A stretch of 63,001 nucleotides of DNA, counting the filler, from Collodictyon triciliatum (lineage: Eukaryota), in the NCBI GenBank assembly GCA_043381765.1. It is 5 parts of 5 records of this genome, joined end to end, with 100 filler letters (N's around TTAATTAATTAA, not from the genome) between each part and the next. Parts side by side here need not be neighbours in the genome. Positions count along the whole stretch, not along the records: positions 1 to 15,174 come from JBHJMP010001707.1; 4 more parts are not named here. One strand, 5' to 3'. Made by a program: the position numbers and the translations under genes. The notes below the pieces were generated by a model. That model was not told the origin of the DNA. It did no database searches and saw nothing but the letters and a program-made list of their open reading frames with translations. Positions 1-11,669 of this stretch are shown piece after piece (positions within the stretch are counted from its first letter, which is position 1; each line of letters begins with the position of its first letter).

Positions 1-755
1 TCCAGTCTATATACCTCGCCTGCCATTCACAGCCACCGGCTGAATCGATGTTAGCCAGGATAGCACTGTGGTCGGACAGCGCAGAATAGACTGTTTTAAG
101 TTTCTTGAACCATGCATGCAAGTCCCTTGAGCAGAAGAAGCGATCGATTCTGCTCCACGTGAAGCCGCTTTTTGTATGTCTTCTACACGTTGCTCCTAGA
201 GAGTGAGGATTTAGCGTCTTCCAAGGGTCTTGCAGCTTGTATTTCATGTCCAGTCGACAAAAGGTTTGTAATTGCGTGTCGAAGACCCAGACCACTCGGT
301 GCTGGCATCAATAAGAGCGTTGAAGTCTCCACAGATGATGATACATTTCGCAGAATCCATCTCCTTAGAGATAAGCTCATACTCGTGTATTCTATTATTT
401 GAACCTGCTGTTTGGAGCAACGTGTATGTCGTCATTATACGAGTGTCAGCTCCATCGATGTGGGTATCGAGACTTATGCAGCGGCCAAGAATAATCTCTC
501 TGAAGCGAAGATTGAGTTTGGCTATCCATTTCTTGCATAAAAACGCTACACCTGCATGTCTCTGCTGGTTATCGTCACAGGATCACATTTGTGGACCTTT
601 CCGTATTTCATTGTTGGTTAGATTATCAGGGCTGAGCCATGTTTCTTGGAGGCAGATGATATCTGTAATAGAGAAAAGAGCAGTGTTTAGGGACTCTTAT
701 CTTTTTTGGGGGTCTTTAATCCCCTAACTTTCCACGACAGAACGTTAAAACGCAT
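1..755 (-). pseudogene. LINE ORF2 apurinic endonuclease domain, disrupted
   Basis: APE motifs SWxVRGL, CLQET, GDFN, SRID and SDH, with in-frame stops and frameshifts. Confidence 0.85.
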
Positions 756-2776
756 GAAAAGTCTATTGGCTTCTGGAGGCTGTAGCCTCCGGTAGTTGGC
801 CCTCTCCGCTGGAGCTGGGTTGCTCAGAGTGGGATGGTTTACTCGATTTGTCCTTCATTTGGCCGGTGTTATAATTGCTCGCGGCTCGGCCAGGATTTGT
901 CGGATGGTCTTGGGCTTTGGGCTGCACCCCCTTTGTAGCTGTTGTGTTGGGAGACGCACTCTGTTGGTCATCAGTAACCCTCGGTTCCAATTTTTCCCCC
1001 TCATCCACGCGGTGGGCAGGGCTAACCATGTTTCCACTTTCATTTTGATTTGCTTTCTGGCTCGCTATATTCGGTGTTTTACTTGACTGATTCATTCTCT
1101 TTTCATCGGGCGAGGCTTTATCTTCGACGGTTTCGATATTTTTTGGTGCGCCAGTGATTGCAGGATGAATAACCGGTGTTTTATATTCATCTACGTTTCT
1201 TTTTCTTGCATTGGAAGCCGTTTCTCGCTGGGAGTCACAAGAGTTTCGACAGCAGGTCTGTTCCCACAAACAGTACTTAAGTAGTAATTCGTTGTTCCCG
1301 AAGCTTCAAGGAGCTCACTTTCTTCTTCAGCAGAACCTTCTATGATGACGACAGGTTGGATGGACTGTTGTTCTTCCAATCCCGAGTCTGGGACGTCGCT
1401 TCTTATGGATTGCACAGTACTTGCTGAAGGAGGAGTCTCTTGGGTGGTCCCAGGAGCCATGACCTCTAAGGTGGCTGGTGGGTGTGGTTTGCTGGGTGCC
1501 ACTATGCTATTTCCTGATTGTGTTACCGATTTGGCTTAGGCTTCCCTTTCCTCGGCGTCCTCTCCATGATTTAAAGGAGAGCTTGGTGAGATATCATCGG
1601 CTTGAGGAGGTTGGAAATCTTGGAGGTTATCGATGTTTCCTCCACTTTGAAGCCATTCCACGATTGATACTGCTTCCTCTGTGTTCATTGGTGAACTTGA
1701 TGCACTTTCGAGCAAATCGCTTGGTGATTCGTCCATCATTTCGATATCCGTTTCTTGATTTTGAAGCGGTTCCTGGATATTTGTCTTGATTGAGACTTCG
1801 AGCACTTTATCCGCGGATGTCTTGTCGCGATTTCTCCCTCTGGCATTAGAGGACGACGCGTGTTGCCTTTGGCCTTGTTTGTGGGCTCTGGGCTTGTTTT
1901 GCACAGACTATTCCTGCACGGTTAGCCTGTCTTTAGCGCTGAAGTCGGCTACTTTTGTGTGGAAGCCTGAGAAGCGAGTGGCGGTGTTTTGTTTGTTGGT
2001 GGCCACTTGATTTTTGGTGCTTGGCTTGGCAGTAGCTGTTTTTTTTTGTGGTTTGTGGTTTGACCTTGTGTGTCATACCCTTCTTTGTTGGGGAGGGTTG
2101 ATGGGATGTCAGACTCTTTGAGTGCACATATCTTAACGCGACAGTGTCTATCATGAATAACAATAAAGGTAGGTATTTTCCCCATTTTTTCCTGTTCTTT
2201 GTCATAAGTAACGAGTGCATCATTCATGCATATTCCTCCAGGCTTTGTCCAGTTGACTTTGATTGGGGTGAAGTACTCATTACAGGCTTTGAAAATATCA
2301 GTCTAGTCAACTTCAGCGGTATGTTAGACAGGTGCGCAACCTTGGTGACAGTTTTTGCTGGCATGGGGGTAAATTGGTGATTGAGGAGCTGTAAAGACTC
2401 CTCTTTAATGAAGGCAGCCGCGTTTTCTTTTCATGGGACGGCGATTCTGGGTCCCGAGGGCAGGGCTGTCCACCATAAGTGCCACGTCCTTCTCGTAGCA
2501 CTTTCGGGCTTCCATAACCTCCCGCAGTTGCTTACACATATTACTGCGGTTTGCGAAAGAGAGAACCGGCCATTGCTTGCCCCGAAGGCGGACAAAGCAG
2601 TGTTCGTCTTTGAACAGTTCGTTCTCAATCGGACTTGTTATTTAGGGGCACGTCAGCCACAAAAGATCGACCGAGAGGTTCCGTTTCCCGATGCAAGTTC
2701 GACCCTGCACGAAGCTGGCTGTCATCATCAAAATCATGGTCTCGTATTTATTTTGCACTTTTTGACGGAACCATAG
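1..2776 (-). mobile_element. Decayed non-LTR retrotransposon (LINE, L1/Tx1-like): broken ORF1 followed by ORF2 AP-endonuclease running off the window start
   Basis: ORF2 starts at ATG 755 (MRFNVLSWKVRGL) and carries APE motifs DIICLQET, IIICGDFNA, WSRIDRFF and LSDH. ORF1 fragments (763-2776) have an RRM-like part and a long S/Q/T-rich linker. Multiple stops and frameshifts. The 5' end is approximate. Confidence 0.85.
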
Positions 2777-3092
2777 GAATTTTTTTTTGCTGTCAATAAA
2801 TGCAGTCATTCAAAAATGAAAATATTAATAATGTAATTCATACTTCACAGGATAACTTAATTGGCACGATTTCTTAAAATGATTCAATATACATATATAA
2901 CTGTCACATCGATGCTTTCATGTCAACAGTATAATAATTCAATTGTATTTGCATAGACTTTACATATTCTTTCAAAAGTGGCCATCAAAGAGTCTTAATG
3001 GTATTTTATTTCAGGAGTAAATGAATATAAAATTGTTGAAAAATGAGAGAGAATCGGCGAGCAAATGAGATAGCTTGAAAAGAAAAAAAATA

Positions 3093-6000
3093 TCAAAACT
3101 CTTCGACTGCTTTTGGATGAGTAATATCATGCATTTCCACATCCTTGCGAAGTCTCATGCCCATAATTACTCTGATAATAAAATTTGAAACCCAATTATA
3201 AACAATCAAGTCCCAAATAAAGTTGAGCATGGACAGAAATTGTGTGAGTAACAGTCTCACAACAACAGGGCCAGCTTTTGAAAGGAAAACGATACATATT
3301 CCTCCATTCAAAATAACAACCAAAAGCACCAACACAACTTCAGTTTTTTGGTTAATACTGCTGTATTTGAAAAGCAGACTCAGCATCAAGGTGAAATAGA
3401 GAATCATGAGGGATTGCAATTGTGACTTTTTCAGCACATTGGATATGAATGGCCTGAAATAAATGGTCGAAGCAATCATCAGAAACAGCAGCCACAAACC
3501 AAAGTATATTTGCAGCGAAGCAGGAAAGAACGTGCTTATCATTACAATGACCAACTTTTGCATCATCAAGACGACCTCCCAGTATTGGCACTTTTCAGTA
3601 TATCCATCAATCAAAAATCTGAAAAGTGCGTATGTTTTCGAAGTAGGATTGCTCAACGCTGTTCTTTTTCGAATGATTCTGACCAAAAAAAAGAGCGGCC
3701 CGCCGATACAATAGGCAAAAAGGAAAACAAAAGAAATATTCCTCCACAATTTGTATGTTTCGTCACCACATAAAATAGACATATCAGCTATCAAATATCT
3801 TATATCTCCGAGTTTTTCACATGGAAATATCTGTGAAATGCTCGATGTGATTGAAGGATGGACAAAAAACAGCATCACCAGCATCGAGTACATGATTTCT
3901 TCCCGAAAACGATTAAGTGTAAAGCTGCTTCTTGAAATCTCATTTTTGTAAAGTCTCTTAAACTCTTTCATCAAAACGAATATTAACATTATTACTGTCA
4001 AAATTACTGGACTCAACATTGTAAACAATAATTTCTCATACAATGACATTTCTATTTGGCATTCCATCGGGTAGCTGTCTATTGAAAGCGAAAATGAGAA
4101 TAGGGCTGGGATTTTCATTGCTGAAATTATGATTGAGCTCCATTTTACATCAAAGTTCGCCAAATATGACAAGACTTGGAAATGTGTGGAGAGGGATTTC
4201 AGGATTTGAATATTTCCTGTTCTCGTCTGTCTTGATTGTTCTATCATAAAGAAAACAAAGGCAAATGGAATAAAAAAGCTCAGGAAAATCAAGAATATGT
4301 TCACTCCTTTCGGTGGGCATTTAGTGCAGTAATACCCAGTTTTTCCGTATCCATTTTCACAAATACTGCATAATGGCCCAGTGTATCCATCAGCACAAGT
4401 TTTATTTCCTCCGTTACATGCATTTTCATTCAAACATTTGTAAGCGACATACTGTCCATTTGAGATTTGAGTCTGCCAATATCCTGGTGCAACAGTTGGT
4501 TGACTGGTTCCTTCACATTCAAATCCCTTGGGGCATGTTTTGCATTGTTTTAATCCATAATCATCGCTGTATGTATCTGAAGGACATTCGTAGCAGTTTC
4601 CTTGCTTTTCATACCATCCTGGTTTGCATTCACAAGTGGAGTTTGTCAACTCGAATCCTGTCTTGCATTCACAATCGGTTGAATAAAGAGAGCCTTTGTT
4701 TTTTGTTGTAAATTTATCACCACAAGATAGGCAGAAATTCGTGCCGTTTGTTGGTTTGTATGAACCGAGTCTGCACGGAACACACTCACTTCCATCCTCA
4801 AAGTTTCCTGGAGGACATGTGCAAATGCCATCATATGACACATAAGTATCTAAGCACTTGCAATCATCTATTGATTTGGAGCCTTCTTTAATTGTGGTTG
4901 AGCGTGTGGGGCATAAACTGCATGATGAGCTTCTTTCTGAGCTGTAGCTTCCATTTGGACATTCAATGCATGATGATTGATCGAATGAGCCAGGTTTGTT
5001 GTTAAATGTACCAGCTGGACATGATGTGCATGATGCTTGACCATCTCTATCATTCCAAGTACCTTGTGGACATTCAATGCATGGTTTGTTTCCATATGAG
5101 CCGGAGTTTGAGTTGAATGTGCCTTTTGGACAAGCATAGCATGATTGAGAATCTTTTGTGATGTCTTCTTTTTGATAATATCCTGATGAGCATAAACTAC
5201 ATGATGAGCCTCCTGCTGAGCTGTAGCTTCCATTTGGACATGAAATACATGATGATACATTGAATGAGCCAGTTTTGTTGTTGAATGTACCAGCTGGGCA
5301 CGATGTACATGACGCTTGACCATTTTTATTATTCCAAGTGCCTTGTGGACATTCAATACATGATTTGTTTCCATATAAGCCGGAGTTTGAGTTGAATGTG
5401 CCTTTTGGGCAAGCGTAGCATGATTCTGAGTCTTTTATAGTTCCTTCTTTTTGGTAGTATCCTGATAAACATAAGCTGCATGATGCGCTTCCACTTAAGC
5501 TGTAGCTTCCATTTGGACATGAAATACATGATGATACATTGAATGAACCAGTTTTATTGTTGAATGTACCAGCTGGGCACGATGTGCATGATGCTTGACC
5601 ATCTCTATCATTCCAAGTACCTTGTGGACATTCAATACATGATTTGTCGCCATATGAGCCGGAGTTTGAGTTGAATGTGCCTTTTGGACAAGCGTAGCAT
5701 GATTTTGAGTCTTTTATGATATCTTCTTTTTGATAGAATCCTGACAAGCATAAGCTGCATGATGCGCTTCTTTCTGAGCTATAGCTTCCCTTTGGACATT
5801 TAATGCATGAAAATTGATTGAATGAGCCAGTTTTATTGTTGAATGTGCCAGCTGGACATGATGTGCATGATGCTTGACCATCCCTGTCATTCCATGTACC
5901 TTGTGGGCATTCAATACATGATTTGTCGCCATATGAGCCGGAGTTTGAGTTGAATGTGCCTTTCGGACAAGTATAGCATGATTTGGAGTCTTTTGTGATG

Positions 6001-9000
6001 TCTTCTTTTTGATAGAATCCTGATGAGCATAAGCTGCATGATGCGCTTCTTTCAGAGCTGTAGCTTCCGTTTGGACATGAAATGCATGATGATTGATTGA
6101 ATGAACTAGTTTTATTGTTGAATGTACCAGCTGGGCATGATGTGCATGATGCTTGACTATCTTTATCATTCCAAGTGCCTTGTGGACATTCAATACATGA
6201 TTTGCTTCCAAATGAGCCGGAGTTTGAGTTGAATGTGCCTTTTGGACAAGCATAGCATGATTGAGAATCTTTTGTGATGTCTTCTTTTTGATAGAATCCT
6301 GATAAACATAAGCTGCATGATGCGCTTCCAACTGAGCTGTAGCTTCCATTTGGACATGAAATACATGATGATACATTGAATGAGCCAGTTTTGTTGTTGA
6401 ATGTACCAGCTGGACATGATGTGCATGATGCTTGCCCATCCTTATCATTCCAAGTACCTTGTGGACATCGAATACATGATTTGTCGCCATATGAGCCGGA
6501 GTTTGAGTTGAATGTGCCTTTTGGACAAGCGTAGCATGATTGAGAATCTTTTGTGATGTCTTCTTTTTGATAGAATCCTGATGAGCATAAGCTGCATGAT
6601 GCGCTTCCAACTGAGCTGTAGCTCCCATTTGGACATGAAATACATGATGATTGATTATATGAACCAGTTTTATTGTTATATGAACCCGCTGTACACGATG
6701 TACATGATGCTTGACCATCTCTCTCGTTCCAAGTGCCTTGTGGACATTCAATACACGATTTGTTTCCATATGAGCCAGAGTTTGAGTTGAATGTGCCTTT
6801 TGGACAAGCACAGCATGATTGAGTCTTTTGTGATTCCTTCTTTTTGATAGAATCCTGATGAGCAAGAGCTGCATGATGCGCCTCTTTCTGAGCTGTAGCT
6901 TCCGTTTGAACATGACATGCATGATGATTCATTGAATGAGCCAGTTTTATCGTTGAATGTACCAGCTGGACACGATGTACACGATGCTTGACCGTTTTTA
7001 TCATTCCAAGTACCTTGTGGACATTCAATACATGATTTGTTGCCATATGAGCCGGAGTTTGAGTTGAATGTGCCTTTTGGACAATCATAGCATGATTTGG
7101 AGTCTTTTATGATATCTTCTTTTTGATAGAATCCTGATGAGCATAAGCTGCACGATGAGCTTCTTTCTGAGCTGTAGCTTCCATCTGGACATGTAATGCA
7201 TGATAATTGATTGAATGAGCCAGTTTTGTTGTTGAATGTACCAGCTGTACATGATGTGCATGATGCTTGACCATCCTTGTCATTCCAAGTACCTTGTGGA
7301 CATTCAATGCATGATGAGTTTCCATATGAGCCGGAATTAGAGTTGAATGTGCCTTTTAGACAGGCATAACATGATTGCGAGTCTTTTATAATTCCTTCAT
7401 TTTGATAGAATCCTGATAAGCATAAGCTGCATGATGCGCTTCTTTCTGAGCTGTAGCTTCCATTTGGACATGAAATACATGAAGATTGATTGAATGAGCC
7501 AGTTCTATCGTTGAACGTACCAGCTGGACACGATGTACATGATGCTTGACCATCTCTATCATTCCAAGTACCTTGTGGACATTCAATACATGATTTGCTT
7601 CCAAATGAGCCGGAGTTTGAGTTGAATGTGCCTTTTGGACAAGCATAACATGAGTTTGAGTCTTTTATAATTCCTTCATTTTGATAGAATCCTGATAAGC
7701 ATAAGCTGCATGATGCGCTTCTTTCTGAGCTGTACCTTCCATCTGGACATGATAGACATGACGATTGCTTGAATGAGCCAGTTTTATTGTTGAATGTACC
7801 AGCTGGGCATGATGTGCATGATGCTTGACCATCCTTATCATTCCAAGTACCTTGTGGACATTCAATACATGATTTGTTTCCATACAAACCGGAGTTTGAG
7901 TTGAATGTGCCTTTTGGACAAGCGTAGCATGATTGTGAGTCTTTTATAATTCCCTCTTTTTGATAGTATCCTGATAAGCATAAGCTGCATGATGAGCTTC
8001 TTTCTGAGCTGTAGCTTCCGTTTGGACATGAAATACATGAAGATTGATTGAATGAGCCAGTTTTATTGTTGAATGTACCAGCTGGACATGATGTGCAATC
8101 GTCTTTATAGCTATTTCCAAAAGTGCCTTGTGGACAATTAATACATGAGAAGTTGCTTGTTGAACCAAACTTTGGATTGTAAGTACCATCTTTACAATTG
8201 ATGCACAAGTGTTGACCGATATATGGATTGTATGAGCCAGGCTGACAAAGTTCACATGTTGATTCGCCTGTTTTTGATGAAAATCTTCCTTTTGGACATG
8301 ACTGACAGCTGCTTAAGCTGGCCGATGCGACATTGGGGTTGTAGGAACCAGCTGGACATTTTTCACAGGTGATTGATTTTGTTTTGTCTGAGTAAGTTCC
8401 AGTGGGGCATGGATTACAAAATTGCTTTCCTTTCTCATTAATGAAAAATCCAGCAGGACAGTCAAAACAGCTCGACTTTCCATCAACGCTATTGTATGTT
8501 CCTGGTTCGCATAAAAGACATGATAAATTTCCAGCACCTCGAATATTTGGATTGAATGTTCCTGCAGGGCATGGAGTGCACGACTTATCTCCTGAATTAC
8601 TGTAAAAACCAGTGGTGCAATTATTACATGAAATTTGCCCCTTTATATTATTAAATGTTCCAGCCTCGCATTTCTTGCAAATTGATTGGCCCAAAAAGTT
8701 ATTATATGTTCCTTCTTCGCATGGAAGACAATCTTTAAGGCTTGTGGAACCAGTTAATGGATTATACGTTCCAGTTGGACATAATAAACAAGATGTGAGC
8801 TCATTTCCATTATTGTAAGAGCCAGTTGGACATTTTTCGCATGAATTTGATTGTTGGTTGAAAAAGTATCCCCCTTGGCATGGACTCCATAGTTTGATAA
8901 ATCTATCAGTGCTTGCTGAAATTATTTTAGAGTCAGGAGTGGCAAAAACACTATTTACTGAATCTGTGTGACTCAGAAGTGTTCTGATTTCTCTTCCATC

Positions 9001-11669
9001 AGATATTGTCCATATTTTGACTGATTTATCACTGCTTCCAGAATACAATTTTGTTCCATCAGTTGATATTGAAATGCCATTTACTGAGCTTGTGTGTCCG
9101 TTTATTGTTCTGATTAAAATTCCATCTGACATATTCCAAATTTTGATTGTGTTATCGCTGCTTCCGGAGATAATTTTTGTCTCATCTGGAGAGGTAATAA
9201 CACATCTAACAGTATTTCCGTGACCGGTTATGGTTCCGAGTAGTGCTCCATCTAAGAGATTCCATAATTTTATTGAAAAATCAGCACTGCCAGATATTAT
9301 TTTGCTGTTAACAGGAGTGATGAAAACAGAATTTACTCCTTTTGTATGTCCTGACAGTGTTTGAGTTAAAATTCCATCTGAAACTCTCCAAATATTTATA
9401 TTCATATCGTCACTTCCTGATGCTATAAGATAACTATCTGACGTTATTGCTACGCTCCGAACAGCTGCAATATGGCCACTGAATGTTTTTAATAGTAAAC
9501 CATCTGAGAAATTCCACATTTTAACGGAATTATCGCTGCTTCCTGAGACTATTTTTGTTCCATCAGCCGAAACAACAACACTATTCACAGCACTTGCATG
9601 TGCATTTATTGAAAGCGCTTGAGAACCGTCAGCATAATTCCAGATTCTTACTGTATTGTCACTAGCTCCTGACACGATTTTTGTTTTATCTGGGCTCAAA
9701 GCAACACTATTGACTGAACTTGTGTGGCCTGAAACTGTCAAAATCAAGCTGAAATCAGGAAAGTTCCACATTTTGATTGTTGTATCATCGCTTCCTGACA
9801 AAAATTTCGTGCTACCAGAAACAATTGATACCCCATTTATTGCTGCAACATGCTCATTCATTATATTTATTGTGACTCCGTTTAAAAAATTCCATATTCT
9901 TATTGTATTATCACTGCTTCCAGAGAAAATCTTTGAGCCATCAGGAGATATCGAAACAGAGTTAACTATTCCAGTGTGCCCATTGAGTGTGCGAATCAAG
10001 CTTCCATCTAAAATGCTGGTCACAATAATTGTTTTGTCGCTGCCTCCAGAAACAATTTTCATTCCATCTGGCGTTATAGCAACAGAATTTACAGAATTAG
10101 TGTGAATTTTTATTTCTTGGACTAATGTTCCATCAAAAATATTCCAAACTTTGATTGTTTTGTCTGAACTTCCGGACACAATTTTTGAATTATCAGGAGT
10201 TAAAACAACACTTGTTACTATTTCAGTGTGCCCAGTTAACGTACGAGTTACAGATCCATCAGAAATGCTTGTAATTTTGATTGTTTTATCGCTGCTACCG
10301 GATACAATACTAGTTCCGTCTGCGGTTATAGCAACCGAGTTAACTGCTTCAGTGTGGATTTCAAATGATTGAGTAAAAGCGTCATCATTCACGTTCCAGA
10401 CTCTAATTGTTTTATCAGCACTTCCTGAAATAATTTTTAAACTGTCTGGTGATAATATTAATGTGTTCACTATGTCTGAATGACCAATCAAGGAGCGAAT
10501 TAATGCGCCATCGGATAATTTCCAAATTCTGATAACACTGTCTGAATGCCCTGATATGGATATTGATTTCGACTGAGACGAAGAAATACTTGTAATTCTA
10601 GAGCCTCTAGTGTATTTAAGAGCTCCGTCAGGGAAATTCCAAAGTTTAATTGTTCGGTCTCCACTTCCTGATAAAATTTTTGAACTATCAGGAGAAACAG
10701 AAACACTTATTACACCAGCAAGGTGACCGGTCAATGTGCGAATCAAAGCTCCATTAGAAAAATTCCATATTTTTATAGTACTATCGTCACTTCCAGAGAT
10801 AATTATTGAGCTGTTAAGAGAAATAGCTACTGTGCACACAGCATTACTATGCCCAATCAATGTGCGAATCAAAGTACCATCAGAAATATTCCAAATTTTG
10901 ATTGTTTTGTCATGACTCCCAGACGCAATTTTTGAGCCATCAGGAGTGACAGCAACACTCCGAACCCAACTAGTATGACCGTTCAATGTGCGAATCAAAG
11001 CTCCATCAGAAAGGTTCCAGATTTTGATTTCGTTATCGAAACTTCCAGAAACAATTTTTGAGCCATTAGGAGTAACAGCAACACTCCAAACACCATTAGT
11101 ATGACCAGTCAATGTGCGAATCAAAGCTCCATCAGAAAGGTTCCAGATTTTGATTGTATTATCATAACTTCCAGAAACAATTTTTGAGCCATTAGGAGTA
11201 ACAGCAACACTCCAAACCCTATCAGTATGACCAGTCAATGTGCGAATCAAAGCTCCATCAGAAAGATCCCAAATTTTGATTGTATTATCATAACTTCCAG
11301 AAACAATTTTTGAGCCATTAGGAGTAACAGCAACACTTAAAACATAACTAGTATGACCAGTCAATGTGCGAATCAAAGCTCCATTAGAAAGATTCCAGAT
11401 TTTGATTGTTCTATCATAGCTTCCAGCTCCAGAAATAATTTTTGAGCCATCAGGAGTGACAGCAACACTCCAAACATCGTCAGTATGACCAGTCAATGTA
11501 CGAATCAAATTATCTTGCCCTTCAACAAGACACAATCGGCAGTGGAGCATCAATCCTAAAAATATATCAATTAAAATTCTATGTATTCTGAAACCAATAA
11601 AATTAAACAATTTCTTAATTACTCACCCATCAGCAACAGAGCTGTAAAAGTCTTTGATTTCAATCTCAT
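3093..11669 (-). CDS. Giant predicted cell-surface protein: signal peptide + 21 WD40 repeats + Cys-rich GCC2/GCC3 (ephrin-receptor-like) repeats + ~9-TM C-terminal domain; one 2-bp frameshift near 6820
   Basis: Exon 1 (11669-11627) and a GT-AG intron (11626-11556) give MRLKSKTFTALLLMGLMLHCRLCLVEG-QD. ORF 6748-11610 has the GH...WN repeats followed by CxxCPxGTY/F repeats. ORF 3093-7088 continues the same repeats and then hydrophobic helices with YWEVV and RPF motifs. Confidence 0.9.
4915..8100 (-). repeat. Coding tandem array of ~11.5 x 279-bp (93-aa) Cys-rich units
   Basis: The anchor gagttgaatgtgcctt recurs every 279 bp (e.g. 6505, 6784, 7340), except for a 277-bp spacing between 6784 and 7061. 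Confidence 0.95.
10873..11508 (-). repeat. Five near-identical ~126-bp WD40-coding repeats
   Basis: The unit ttgattcgcacattgactggtcatact...gatggagct is repeated; differences cluster in a few codons. Confidence 0.95.

Noticed and set aside
4868-8255. Long His-rich alternate-frame ORFs (e.g. 5714-6922, 402 aa)
   Set aside because: Shadow frames of the Cys-rich tandem repeat.
4915-11508. CRISPR-like or DGR-like repeat array
   Set aside because: The repeats are contiguous in-frame coding units with no spacers. The variation is not adenine-specific, and no template repeat or DGR-type RT is seen; the only RT is LINE-type and on another contig.
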